Shown in pieces: positions 12,782-26,260 of a stretch of DNA of 64,000 nucleotides. The DNA is from Vicugna vicugna. Its lineage: Eukaryota. The notes beneath the pieces were generated by a model, which did not search any database, had not been told where the DNA came from, and saw nothing but the letters and a program-made list of their open reading frames with translations. The stretch's first letter is position 1. The number at the start of each line of letters is the position of its first letter. A program made the translations under genes and the position numbers. The DNA lies in the NCBI GenBank assembly GCA_013265495.1, contig MU058824.1, forward strand, positions 2,507,111 through 2,571,110. Reading direction: 5' to 3'.

Positions 12782-14226
12782 CTTCACCTATAGGAACATA
12801 GCAGAAGGTTACTGTAATGATTCATCAGTCTGTGAATTCCAGTATATTTTCAGAGTTTACACTTGTTAGATTATTTCATAAATTGTTACTGAATACTTTC
12901 TGTGCTACTTCAATATAGGGAAGTAACTGCTATGGTAGAAAAAATATGGAATACTATGAGAACACAAGGGAAGTCAGAAAGGCACAAAGACTAGCTTGGG
13001 AAGGTAAGATATCAGGGACTGTTTCCCGGATGAGAGGAGGCCTGATGGAGTCCTGAAGGACAAGATGGAATCAGTCAGGCAAGGAAGAAATGGGGGTGGG
13101 GGTGGGGAGAGGTATCAACCCCAAGGAAAGGGAACAGAAAATTCAAAAGGCAGAGAGGTGAGAGAAAAGTATATGGCTGGTTATGAAAACTTCTGGTGGT
13201 TAAGTGGTTGCACATGAATGAACAAAGACTCTAAGCTGAGGACTGAAAGATGGGGATGGGAGAGGTGGGAAGAGGCAGACCCAGAAGAGATAACTATACT
13301 ATGCTAAGATGTTTGTATTTTTGCCAAAAGTAATGTGAGGCCTTGGAGGGATTTTAAATAGCAGAATAAACTGATCAACTCTGCATTTTAGGAAGAACAC
13401 TATTCAGTAGTAAGGAAAATAAACTGGAAGGAGAAAGAGAAATGAGTTGTAAGAATTGGAGATATGGAAGATCTGAAAATAGGGTCTTGGGAATAAACAA
13501 AAAATTGACTGCAGAGATAATTAGGAAGTGGAATCAATAGGAATTGATTAACTGGTTTGAATGATGAGAGAGACCTCCGAATTTCTAGCTTAGAAGCATG
13601 ATTCATAGTAATGACCCACACTTAGGTGGGGTAGAGGCAGGTTTCCAAGAGAGGAAGGGAGTGAAATCATTTTGACATTTGAAGGGTGGGATGCTCTTAG
13701 GGCAGCCATGTAGATATAGTCACTAGGAACTTAGAAGTCTGAGCTGCTCATAGATTTGTTGGTCTTCTGCATATATTATTTGGTGTCCAGGGAATAAAAA
13801 ATAAAGTTAAGGACAGACTGCTGTGGAAGGATGTCATTTAAGAGATGGGCAGAGGAAGCAGCAGCTATAAAAGGCTAAGAAAAAAGAACCAGAGAGATAG
13901 TAGTGGAAAAGGCAAAGTCACAGTGTCACATAAACAAAAAGAGGAAAAAACCAGAGTGTCATATGCAGTAGACCGGTCACAGGTGAGAGAAAAAATGAAA
14001 AGTGACTACTGAATTTTGGTACCAAGGAAACTTAGCTAGGGATTTTCACTGATCAGTAACAGGTATTTTTCAAGATTAGTCACTCATATTTTCTTTGGAC
14101 TAACAGTAAACAGAATGAATATACATTCAGAGAAGGATATTCAAGCAGCCAGGAAAAGTGGACTCAGCCTTTCATTCAAGGAAGGAAAAAGATAAGCCAT
14201 GGACAATTTGTTAATTTTTCCTTCAA

Positions 14227-14415
14227 CAGTGCTATATCCTAATAGAACTTTCTGTGATGGCAGAAATGTTTTATACCCATCTGTCCAATACGGCAGCCAC
14301 TAGCCACATGTGGCTACTGAGCACTTGAAATGTGGCCAGTTATGACTGAGGAACTGATTTTTTTAACTTAATTTAAATTAAATATGCCAAGTGGATACTA
14401 TACTGGACTGCACAG
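14227..14415. mobile_element. MER3-like hAT MITE
   Basis: aatagaactttctgtgatg...gtccaatacggcagccactagccacatgtggctactgagcacttgaaatgtggc. Confidence 0.8.
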
Positions 14416-14574
14416 AATTCTAGATAGTCTTGCCCTTTCTCTGGTTTAGAAAACTGAAAGGAGGAACAGCATACAGTTCCAGCAATTTCCTCATTTGTCC
14501 ATTTTAAAAAGGAGACAAAACTGCTGATTTGTGGGTGCTCTTAAGTATAAATATGATATGCAAATGACAGAGAA

Positions 14575-16726
14575 GTTTAAATGAATATTATGAACAACTT
14601 ATGCCAATAAATTTTGTAACGCAGATGAAATGGACAAATTCATTAAAATACACAAATCCCAAAGCTTAAGAAGAAATAGATAACCTTAATATCCTTATGT
14701 CTATCAGAGGAATTAAATTTGTAGTTAGAAAAGGAAAACTCAAACCTAGATGGCTTTATTGGCAAAGTCTACCAAACACTTCAGAAAGAGTTAATACCAC
14801 TCCTACACAAACTCTTCCAGAAAATAGAGAGGAAGGGAACACTTCTGAACTCATTTTATGAGGCCAACATTATGCTGATACCAAAATCAAAGAAATTACA
14901 AGAACAGAAAAACACCGACCAATATCCCTCATGAACATATATGTGAAAAATCCTAGTGAAATATTAGTAAATCAAATCCAACAGTATGTAAGATGGATAA
15001 CATATCATGATTAATTATGGGTTACTCTAGGAATTCAAGATTAATTCAACATTCACAGGTCAATCAATGTAACTATATCAACAGACTAAAGGAGAAAAAT
15101 CACATATCAATAGTTGAAGGAAAGACATCTGACAAAGTTCAAAAATCATTTATGATAAAAACTCTCAGAAAACAAGAATAGAAGGGAACCTCCTTTACCT
15201 GATGAAGAGTATCTGCAAAAACCCCTCAGCTAACATTGTATATAACAGTGAAAGAATGAATGCTTTCTGCTTAAGGGCAGAACAGGGACAGAATGTCCAT
15301 TCTCTTCACTCCTATTCATTACCACATTGGAGGTTCTAGCTGGTGTAATAAGGCTGATTTCAAAACTTACTATTAAAGTATATTAGTCAAAATAGTGTGG
15401 TATTCTCAAAAGGACAATGGAACAGAATTTACAGTGTGGAAATAGACCCACACTTTAGTGGTCTACTGATTTTTGACAAAGATACCAAGGAAATTCAATA
15501 GAAAAAGTTCAATGAATAGTGCTGGAACACAATTCATCCATACAAAAAATGAACCTCATACCATACACAAAAACTAAACCAAAATAAACCATTTAGGTCC
15601 CAAATGACCAAGTTAATACTGTAAAATTTCTACAGAAAACATAAGAATAAATCTTTGTGACCTTGGGATAGGCAAAGAATTTTTAGACCACAGAAGGAAA
15701 AAAACTGACAAAATTGGATCTCACCAAAATTTAAAATTTCTGCTTTTCTAAAAGCTGTTAAGAAAATGAAAAGACAAGCCACAGACTGGGAGAAAATATT
15801 CTCACAATACACTTGGTAAAGGACTCATAACTAGCATAGAAAAACAATAAATAAATTCAATAATAAAAAACAAAGAGCCCAGTTAAAAATGCACAAAACA
15901 TCTGAAAACATAGTTTGCTAGTAGAGATGCAGATAGCCAAAAACACATTAAAAGATGCTCAAGAGTATTATTCATTAGGAAAAAGCAAATCAAACCCACA
16001 ATGAGGAATCATTATAAATCTATTAGAATGGCTTAAATTGAAAAAAAAACTGACAATATGAAGTTCTGATAAGAATGCAGAGCAACTAGAACTCTCATAC
16101 ATTTCTGGTGGGCATTCAAGATGGTACTTTGAAAAACAGGTAATTCCTTATGAAGTAAAGCATACACTTATGTAATCAAGCAAACCCATTCCTGGGTAAT
16201 TACTCAAGAAAAATGATAAACATATCCACACAAAACCTGTACTTGAATGTTTATAGTAGCATTATTCATAACTGCCCCAAACTGTAAACAACCCAACTGT
16301 CATCTATCAACAGGTGAATAGATAAATAAATAGATAAATAAATATATTCATACAGTGGATACTACTCAGCAATAAAAAGGAACAGACTATTGATACATAA
16401 AAACCATAGTAATGACTCTCACATTATGCTAAGTGAAAGAATCCAGATAAAAAGGCTAAATAATATACAATTTTAATTATGTAACATTCTGGAAAAGGCA
16501 AAACTATAGGCACAGAAATTGTATCAGTCATTGCCAAGGCCTGGGAGTTAACTCCAAAGAGAGCATGAGGCAATTTTGCAGGTGATGGAGATAATCTATA
16601 TCTTGATCTAGAATATAGGTGTGGTAACAGTTACATACCTATATAAGTTTGTCAAAATTCACAGAACTGTAAATCAAAAAGGGTGAGTTTTACTATAAAG
16701 TGGATCTCAATAAACTTGAAAAAAAA
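14575..16726 (+). mobile_element. Old L1M (ORF2 through 3' UTR, internally deleted) in TDRD7 intron 1
   Basis: gatgaaatggacaaattc, tcattttatgaggccaacattatgctgataccaaaa, acagactgggagaaaatatt; ends ctcaataaacttgaaaaaaaa. Confidence 0.85.
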
Positions 16727-17089
16727 TTCCTTAAAGTTGTACCCTTTTGCAGTCAACTCTCTTCTCCCCCTCTTACATACACTGTCCTGGCTCTGATCTG
16801 TCCAGTGATCTGCATTCTGTCACTACAGATTAGAATTACCTAGTGTTCTTGCGTGTCATCCATGTTACTGTATTTTTCAGCAGTTCATTCCTTTTAATCA
16901 ATAAGTACTATTCCACCGTATGGATATACCACAATTTTTTGACCCATTCAAATGATGATAGACATGTGGGGTGCTTCTAACTTTGGAGTATTAAAAAATA
17001 AAGCTGATTTGAGACGATACATGTTTTTCTTTTTCTTGTGTAAATTCTGAGAATTGGATTTCCTGAAAATTTAATACCCATAATAATTA

Positions 17090-17240
17090 TGGAAGGAAAG
17101 TATTATTCTCATTCTGTAGATGAGAAAAACCAAAGCTCAGAGATGTTAAATAACCAATGTATCACAGGATGTACGGAAGCCAAGATTTTTAGTCCTGGTC
17201 TATTTGATGTCAAAGCCCACATTCTTTCTATCATATTACC
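17090..17240. mobile_element. MIR SINE fragment
   Basis: tattattctcattctgtagatgagaaaaaccaaagctcagagatgttaaataac. Confidence 0.6.
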
Positions 17241-18399
17241 CTGACTGGTATTGAAAAAAACAAAAGATAAAACCCTGAAGAATCAACAACAGGAGACAAG
17301 ACAGTCAAGAAAGGCAGTAAAGCAAAAGCAAAGAGAAAAAATGTGGTGTGAAGTCAACAGTAGACTCAGCCTACTCACAGGGATGGTATGGATCCCAAGT
17401 CAACAGGACAACTGGAGACAGGCCCTCTAAAGACTGACTAAATATTCACGGCAGAGAAAGATGACAGCTATAGACTGTGAGCATCTCCATTACCCTTGAT
17501 GTCTATCTATGCTTTGAGTATGCTGGGGACAAGGAAAGAGAGGATGGCTTCGGGATCTATGTTTCAAGGTTGCCAGATGTTAAATCTGAAGTGTGAATTT
17601 TGGCTCATAAATAGTAAATTCCTGATTACAAGAGAAATGCTTTGATTTGCAGTGGTTCATGACTCAACAGTCAAAGATCACTGAACTTTTACGATGCAGT
17701 TATTTCCTCAAGTAAAACCACCACGGAGGCTGGCCAAGTTTTAATTTGCAAGAGGAGAAACTAAAGGATCACTTGCTAACTTCCTAGTGCCAAGCCTCCC
17801 TAAGTTTCTCTCTTTGGCCTCCACCTTTCCTACCTATCTACTCCTCCTCTCCTTTCCTTCAAGCCCAGTCCCTCCTACCTACTCATCTAGAGCTCCTCTG
17901 AGTAAAACTGGACTTTGCCTCTTTGTATATCTGCATATCTAAGTGGGCCTTGACTATGAATTATATACACATATGTGTAGGTAACAAGTCAAGTGGTCAG
18001 TACCCATGGATGAACACACCCACTTGGGTGTGAGCAGTATACCCAGCTCAAACTAGACTGTTCAGCATATCTGGCTCCTCTCCAGTCAGAACAACTTTAA
18101 ATTCTCCTGCCAGAGTTTCAGTATGAAGAACATCTTTCACCTTGAGAAGGGAGTTTCTATTACCTCCTCCTTCCCTTCTTTCTGGAAAGAGCATCTGTTC
18201 CACTGCTACCCCCATCTCCCCCCCCCACCTTCCGCGGTGTACTTTTTACTTAGGGGGTAGAGAGCAACCATTCATTTATGGGAGGAAAGCAATCTCTGCA
18301 CCCACTCCACTTCTCTGCCCTCAGCTCCTCCCCTTCCACTCCATTCCACCCAGGCTGGCCTCCCTGCTTTTCCTTCTGCATTCGCCAGTCCCTCTGCCC

Positions 18400-18720
18400 T
18401 GGAAGCCCCTGCCCCAGGGTCCACACAGCTCCCCACATCCCCTCCTTCAGATATTTGCTCATAGGCCACCTCAGTAAGGCCCTCTGTGGTTGCCCTACTC
18501 AAAACCAGAACTGCTGTGCCAGCTGCCTGGCACTCCCTTTACCCCTCCCCTGCCTTATTTTACTCCTTAGCCATCTGATACTCTTCATCATTTAATTTTA
18601 CCAACCCGTCTTCCTGACTTGAATGTAAACTCCATGAGAGCAGGGATTTGGGTAGGTTTTGCTCATTGCTGCATCCCTAGTGCCTAGCCCACAGTAAGAG
18701 CTCAAAAATACTGACTGAAA
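18400..18720 (+). mobile_element. L2 3' fragment
   Basis: gaatgtaaactccatgagagcagggatttg...tgcatccctagtgcctagc...ctcaaaaatac, a typical L2 tail. Confidence 0.7.
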
Positions 18721-21700
18721 ATACATCTGCCTAACACCACTCCTTTTCTCTCCCACTCACTAAAACAATAGGAAAATGCATGTGAGCTATTAAAGGAATA
18801 ATCTTACATTTTAAAAACTTATTTGCAAATTTTAATGATTGTTATAAACTGATTGAGGCAGCCAATTATGCCTCCAAGCTGTGGCTGAGATCCATCATGT
18901 AATTATTTCGGGCCTTTCCACACTGAGCCAGAGTTCTCAAAGAGCAGGCTCAGGTCAGGGCCACAGCGTAACCACAAGAAGCCCACACACCCCTATGTGT
19001 AAGCAAGCACTGCTTGAATATTGTAAGTGTGTCGTACTTATATGTATTCTTGTTTTTGAAACAGTATGCAGACACTGTTGGGATTCATCAACATAAATTG
19101 ATACTGAATTCACAATGGCTTTTGATAGTTACATATCTTACCAACCAATAGAAACTAGAAGAACAACTACTCCTGTGTGAGGTTTCACAAAGTTTTAATA
19201 AAAATTTTTAAAAATGAGCTGTTACTTGAGAAGACTGGGAAACAATGCCTGACCACATGGCTGCAATCTGAATTAAGCATCCCTCCCCACCCCTTTTAAG
19301 CATGCTGTTTTCACGCAATACTGTAACTCTCTGTTTGTAAACAACTTTTTGGTGGGACAATAAGATGGAGGATCTCAAAGCTGGTGAGAAGCAGGTAAAT
19401 GCAGTAAAACTTGCAAGGGTAAATGTGGTTGTATGTCTTGTTCAGTTACATGTCTTATTCTCGTGCTTGTCAATTTCATCCAATCCGCAGTTCCTACACT
19501 AGCAATGTCACTTCAGGAACTGAACAAAAAGAAAGTTATAACTAAAGCTTAAAAAGATTATTACTATTTTTTAGTCTACTCTAATGCTTTAAAGTGCTAT
19601 AAATTTTGTTAATTTCTTGGTTATCATGGCTTTTTTTTGGAGATTTTTCTCAAGTTGGCAATTTTACTTAAGAACTTTGGTAAAAAGTATACATATAAGA
19701 ATACTTTCCTCTAACTATAAAAATCAAGCTTATTATCTTAGATGTCATCCATTGAAACACAAAAGGAAGCTTATCATGGGAATTTCAACTATCAGTGAAG
19801 TGCCTCAATGGCAAACCTTTCAGCATTCCACCCCACCCCCAAAAATTAAGTTTGGAAGTTTCTCTAAAGTGGCTCCCAAATTTCTTAAGTTGCCATTTTG
19901 CTTTTTCAACTTTCCCTCTTATTTCTACTTTCTAAAACTGTTGTGACAAATACAATTTAGAGTTTAAGAGAAGTCAGATCAGTACTTTGAGAATGTTATG
20001 CAAGCCCTTGCGACCATCAGTTAGACTAGGCTGGGGGAAATAAGGTCGGCCATCTCTGTTCTAGACCATGGGTTCTCAGATTAAAATTCTTAAGTATTTC
20101 CCTAGATAAGAAGGGGGCTGCTTGAGCTGAATAAGAACCCTAAATAGCAGAGTAAAGTGAAGATGGGAGTTACTTAATCACAGCACTTTCGATTTCAAAA
20201 ACTGACCAAGGTCAACTAGCAAAGACCTTAGTCAAGGAGGAAGAAATTGGCCACAAATGATCACAACAGATTGCACTTAACTTTCATGTTCTTCCTCTTA
20301 CTCTTTTCCCCCATTCTTTCCTTGCCTCTCTTTCTGAATGACAAGCATCAAAAATAGTTACGTGTGCTTACCACTATCCTTGGCACTCGGTTCTTAATGA
20401 AATCCATTTTCCTAGACACATGGTATGGGAAATTACCTACGAATATATACATTACATGGCTAAGAGTGCAATGATATAGGCATTGGTGTACTGGAGAAAT
20501 TTTTAGTACAGCATTAAATTTGAAATATCAGGGCTTTCCCAGGTTTTCTTACTTGCCTCATTAGCATACTTGACCTGGCAAGCTTAGCAAGAAAGCCACT
20601 GGATCTCCCCCAAGATTTCTCACCTAACTAGTAGGCAAAAGTCACTTAACTGCTTTCACAAAGGGTCTTAGAGCAGAAGCTCCCTACTAGGCTGTAATCC
20701 CCCAACATCTCTAGACACTGTAGAGCAGCACAAGGTGGTGGGCCCGACCTCAGAGAGGGGAGCTGACAGAAGCGAGGAATGCTCTTGCCTTCACACCATT
20801 TCCTCTAAACTGTTCTGTTTAAAAATGAGGAAATGGAGGTTCAGGGTCATTATTCCAAGCCTCACATATTCTTATAGCCAGGACCACAATAAGCACCCAG
20901 GTATTCTGGCTCCCAAACTTAGGGCTTCCTTTCTGACAGCTGCTCCAAATGCATAGAGTTGGCTTCTGAAAGTAAATTTGGCTTGAGGGACACAGAGAGC
21001 AACCTGGGGCATACTTAGCAACTAGCCCTTAGAGTGGCATGAGACAGCAATCTGCCACATTCTGACTTAAGGGTGTGACAAATGCAAAAGACTTGCCAAC
21101 TGCTGCAAAAATGCAGTCCTTTCATACTGTTCCTTTCTGTTTTGCTACAAAATTCATCATGAGTACCAGTAAGTGCTAACAGTGTACAAGAAGTGGGGCA
21201 AAGACCAAGGGCAAGTAGTGACAACCTTTAGGAAAGCCAGGACCGAACAATGCAAATAGCCTAACAGAATCCTCACTTTCAAAACTGCATTTTGTAAACT
21301 CACAGCTTTCTCTCTAATCCACCTGAAGACAGTCCTGGGAGAGTCTGATTCTGAAGAACCTGGTTTTGGTGTGCTCTAGATACCTGCCTTTGCCATGGGC
21401 TGATCCTCCCTGGCCCAGTCATTTGCATGTTAACCTGCTTCCTGTAGCTGGAGTTTCCTTGCTGCTGCTGCCCAAAGACCTCTAGCCACATGGGTCTCAC
21501 TGTCATATAGGCTCTCTCCTCTCAGGTTTCTCTTTTTGCAACTATTTCCAACTGTACTCCATGGCTCATCTTCCTGATTTTAGCTCTTGTGTCATGAATT
21601 TGAGTTGAAGAGCGGCACTAACCCCCCACCTAAATCTGAAGAATTTTCAGGGTAAACGGAAATCACCAAGCAATCTCTCTTACCTTCTTTAGTCAGCTAC

Positions 21701-24598
21701 TCAGTTTTTCATATCTCCCAGGGCACATACTTCTGGTAAATGGCTGCCCTTCTCCATGAAGACACTATTTTAGCAACAAGTCAGGCCCCTAAAATCCAGA
21801 ATGCCTGTGCTGAAAAGATTTTAGGCATGATCTAGACAATCCCAAACCCCTCGTCACAAATCAATAAAGTGAGCCTAAGAGAAGGAAGGTTCCTGTCTAA
21901 GACCCTTCCAAGGTGATTTCTCATCTTGCAACAGTTTAACATGTTATCTTCTTTCCTTTCCAATAGTGGTCTGTTTGTTACCATCTGAATTAGTCCTTTA
22001 CCAACACTTTTTAAAAGGAAAGATAGTAATTAATGCCTTCAGGTGGTGACAAACCTCCTCAGGGTATCTTCAGAGAGCAGTTTTCTTTTTTTTATTACTG
22101 TCATTTCACACACATGCAAATTACACACACATTAGTAATTACATAGTATGAGTACAGAAGGGTTTTCCATAAATCTATGTACTAGAGAAAAAACTCTGAG
22201 ATCACAAGTGGCTTAGTTAGGAGTTCGGGTCTTAATCCCAGTTCTGCTTCTAGTTAGCTGTGACCCTTTGTGCAAGTCACTTCAGGTCACTTTTTTCATA
22301 TGAAAGATAAGGAGGGCAGACAAGATCCATGGTTCTCAGCTGTCCCCGGAGTCCTTCAAGTTCTGAAATGGGATGTGAAAATCTAATGGAAATCATAAGT
22401 TTGCTTCCCCTCAACAAAGCTGCATGGCTGACATACTGACTTGGCTTTGGGGTCACACTGGGTGTCTTGTGCCGATCGGAAGCTCCACCAGCCACATAAT
22501 CTCACACACATGTTCAGCTAAAAATGACAAATTATTTCTAAATAGTTTGTCTGAAAGACAACATTTTAAAGAAATTGGCCCATTGGGGGGAAATAATGAA
22601 AAGAAGGAAGCTTTTAAAAGTACAAAGGTGGGAGCAGAGGAAGGAGAAAGTCGTTTTGCATAAAGAAAGAAAAACTAATTCACGTAAATAGGAAATTTCA
22701 CTCCAAGCAGCAAGGAATTTGTCCTTTCTGTATTTACCTGCTGACCGTGAAAGCTCCCAGAAGCAAAGCACTCATTCTACATCAAATCTCAGATCTTAGA
22801 AACAGCACTCGATCAGACACAGAGTAGGCACTTAAAGTTGAATTATAAATTTGGATTATAAAGTATTTTTCCTTCCTATTGTCTCCAACTAGATTATACT
22901 GCACAGAGAACTTAAAGAGAGGTCCTCCAAGGAGTTTAAATCTCTTGGTGCAAAATACAATAGTTCATTCAGCCATGTTCAACCAGTACACTTAAAAGGG
23001 CATTAGCAGGGATTACATTTCATTTCCAACCTACAGGGACAAATCCAAAGGCACCACCAACTGCTGCTTTACAGTCTCATTCTGTTTAACTAGCAAAGAG
23101 GGTGGCTGTGAGCTGGCAAAGGGCCCTGGACTGGGACACAGGAGATGTGGGTTCTAAACCAGCTGGCCCCATAGCAATTTCCTGCCCCCAGCACAGTTCT
23201 GTGCTAACTGATGCTTCATGAATGTCAGTTGGTTGGAAATACAAAAATCTCCACCATGTGCCAATTTATATTATATAGAGAACTTATAGATGTGTCCCTG
23301 TATCCAAGAAACTTAAACTCAATTAGGAAAAATATGGAAAGTTTGGTGGAAAGAAGCGAGTTAACATTTCTTGACTATTATTAAGAACCAAAGGAATTAC
23401 AGCAGTTATTTCACAAAAGCCTTGCAGAATAAGTTAAATAATTCCAACTGATAAACAGAAAACCAGGTTTAAAGAAAGTAATTTATTCAAGACCACACAA
23501 TTAGTTATGTAGAGAAGCCCAGATTCCAACCCAAGTCTGCAAACCCCACACTATTTGCAGTATCCAATACCTACACAACAAAGCAGCTGGGGAGGGTTGG
23601 GGACTTGGGTCTAAGTTTCACTTCTGTCATTATTTTATATCACTAGGCAGGGCATTTTTCTGCAATTTTTTAACTTGCACTAAGGTGGGGCGGGGGTCAA
23701 GGAGGGATGAGCCAGATCAGTGGCGTTTTTTGTTTTCGTTTTGTAGGGTGGCTTTCTGAATCCTTTTGGGCTGGGACTTTTTCTAACATAGATATTTCCC
23801 TTTCTAGCTCTTTGTAATTGTTTGAGAGTGAGTGGGGCCCTTGGTTATTAGTCAAAATGTATTGTACTCAACGCCGCAAAGGGACTAGAGCAGAAAATCT
23901 GTGCGGGCTCCAAGCTTCCTCCCATTAAGTTGAGGCTGAGACCCTGACTCGGTTGAGGCATCATGGTGAAAGTTAGGAGAAACCTCATTCATGGATTCAT
24001 ACTTCTCTCCCAACTTGGAGCTCTGTACCCACCCAGGGCTCAAGTGCTACGGTTTGAGAGAAACGGATAGTGTTTGTGTCCTGCATTGCTTAAGCGGCCT
24101 GCAGGGGCTGGTCTGTAAAGAGAGGCCCGTGCCTTTAAGGAATTTAAAGCTCACGGTGTAAGATACGGGAGTTCAACCAGCCGGGAGCTCGGCTGTGCCC
24201 CGCCGCGCCGGTACCGGGAACCACTTCCTGGTCAGCCCCTCCCGCCCCTTGTCCACACCCCCACCGCTGCATTTCCCCCCGCTGCACCGAGCGTCCCAGG
24301 CTGCAGGGGTCAGTCCGACTCCCGATGAACGCCCAGACGCCCCGAGAGGTCGAGGGAGGGGTCCCATCAAAGATTTAAAACACAACGCTCTGGAACTTCA
24401 ACTCCCAGGGGCCCAGCCCGCTTTCCGGAGATCGGGACAGGGGCATCCTCTGCAGCTGCAGGGAAGAGGCCCCGGGCCCGTTCGAGTCCAGCTCGGCCCC
24501 CTGTTCGGCTAGTGACCCAGGTGCACTGCGCCCGCCAGAACCTCGTCCGACCTCGCCCGGCACCTGTCGTTCCCACAGCGGGCAAGACCTGCGCTCAC

Positions 24599-24720
24599 CT
24601 CGTTCTGGGGGCTCGCGGCCCGTCCCCACGCCTCTGGGCCCGGCTCCCACCGCCGTCTCCGCCAGGGACACAGCCGCGGCCGCCGCCCACTTTCGGTTTC
24701 CCCTCACGGCCGGAGCCGCC
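24599..24720 (-). other. TDRD7: TDRD7 non-coding exon 1 (5' UTR); upper boundary (TSS) approximate
   Basis: Consensus donor GAG|GTGAGC at 24599/24598 inside the CpG island. No ATG in the exon. Exon 2 begins 6 nt before the ATG, so a separate UTR exon is required. Confidence 0.7.
24688..24702. promoter_or_regulatory. ISRE / IRF element (GGGAAACCGAAAGTG on - strand)
   Basis: CACTTTCGGTTTCCC matches the GAAANNGAAA ISRE consensus; sits at the TDRD7 first exon. Confidence 0.7.
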
Positions 24721-25139
24721 GCGGCTCGGGAATCACCTCTAGCCCCCGCCCCGCCCTGCTCTGCCCCGCCCAGCTCCGCCCCGCCCCGAGGGCAGCCCGG
24801 CCTCGGCTCTGCGCACGCGCGGGCACCCTGGCCGCGTCCGCCCACGCCGGCGTCCGCGCGTGGGAAGGGAAACCGACGCCGCCTAGCGGTTTCTGCGCGT
24901 GCCCACGCACGGGCCGACAGCGGAAGACCACTGCGAGGCGGGCGCAAGAGCATCTCCTTGTGGACAACGCAAGGACCTGCGGGCCGAGAGGCTCGGGACC
25001 CCGCCCACCTCATCAGCACTCAATGCGCTCCTGTTGTTGCGCTCACCCACCCGTCAGACATTTCATTCAACTCTTACTCGTTCTCTTCTTTAATTCTGGG
25101 GCAGTTACTTTTTATTATCCTAGACATCCACCCGATCCG

Positions 25140-25430
25140 CTCATCTCCTTTAGGTCTTTTTTCATGTCACCCTTCCGAGGAGGGTGCCGCACTCAAAAAA
25201 CGTCCTCTGACATTCCGTGTCTCCCTTCTCAGCTTTCTCTCTGCTTAGCACCTGTCTAGCACACTATATGTGTTTTACTTACCTTTGCACTGTCCGCTGT
25301 CGTCCTCCAATGAAAGCTCTAGGAGCTCAGGGATCTGTTTTGTTCCCTAATCCATTCCCAGAGCTTAGGATAGCGGCTGGCACATGATAGGCTGACATAA
25401 ACATCTGTCAAATTCATTCATTCATCTATT
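25140..25430 (+). mobile_element. L2 3' fragment flanking the CpG island
   Basis: aatgaaagctctaggagctcagggatctgttttgttcc...ctggcacatgataggc. Confidence 0.55.
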
Positions 25431-25592
25431 ATAAAATTACTGAACACCTACTATTTATTCACTTATTTCTTCTGCACATTAGTTCTACCAACATTTATTG
25501 GGCAATAAATTGTATTCCTTAACCTGATATTGAACACTTCCCTGCATTCATTCTGTGTGTTTACTGAGGGCCTGCTAGTTATTAAAACAGTA

Positions 25593-26152
25593 TTTTTTGA
25601 CAGCTTTATTGAGGTATAATTGACATACTATAAACTGCACATGTTCAAAATGTACAATTTGATGTTTTGACATACGTATACAGCTGTGAAACTATACTGC
25701 CATAAAAATAATGAAAGTATCCATCACCCCGAAAGATTTTCCTCATGTACCTTTATAATCCTCACCTCATGTGCCTCTCTATCCTTTGCCCTCTCAACTG
25801 CTGGTTTGCTTTCTTTTGCTATAGTTTGCTTTTTCTAGAATTTTATATGAATGGAATCATACAATATGTGCTGTCTTTTGGGCTGGATATCCAGCTTTTA
25901 CTCAGCCCAAGCATGTTGGGATTCATCCATGTTATGTGCACAGTAGTTTGCATCTTTTTATTGCTGAATAGTATCCCATTGTATAGATGTACTAAACCTA
26001 CCATATGACCCAGCCATCCCAGTCCCAGGGTTTACCCAAGGGAAATGAAAGCATATGTCCACAAAAAGGCCTGAACAAGAGTATTCATAGCAGCTTTGTT
26101 AGTAATAGCCAAAACTGAGAACAATACAAACGTCCATCAGCAGGTGAATAGA
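25593..26152 (-). mobile_element. L1MB-like 3' end with an inverted upstream segment
   Basis: Antisense 3' end at 25593-25990 (gacagctttattgaggtataattgacatac...) abutting a sense-orientation piece at 25993-26152. Confidence 0.7.
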
Positions 26153-26260
26153 TATTTGTGTATATGTGTCTACAACCAGTATATGTTGAATAGCTGCTGT
26201 TAAGTGAGCAACTTTCATGGAGTACCTCCTATGTTACGGCACAAGCTGTGCTTGAGGAGC

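Larger units (their letters stand above)
24170..25030 (-). promoter_or_regulatory. TDRD7: CpG island / TDRD7 promoter (GC boxes, NRF1-like and ETS-like motifs)
   Basis: Abrupt GC- and CpG-rich stretch in AT-rich surroundings. CCCCGCCC GC boxes at about 24743-24787, TGCGCACGCGC (NRF1-like) at 24810-24820, ACTTCCTG near 24223. Lies upstream of the TDRD7 start-codon exon on the same strand. Confidence 0.9.

Noticed and set aside
12782..12787. ORF track start 'MK' upstream of the TDRD7 ATG
   Set aside because: It is a GTG at the exon boundary. The recognisable start is the ATG at 12781.
24599..24706. Open frame in TDRD7 exon 1 contiguous with the main ORF, containing a CTG
   Set aside because: Closed by TGA at 24706-24704, has no ATG, and the CTG is in poor context. 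No support for non-AUG initiation.
24375..25019. 214-aa and other overlapping ORFs in the CpG island
   Set aside because: Ala/Gly/Arg/Pro-rich products of stop-codon scarcity in GC-rich DNA. The 214-aa ORF runs through the exon 1 donor.
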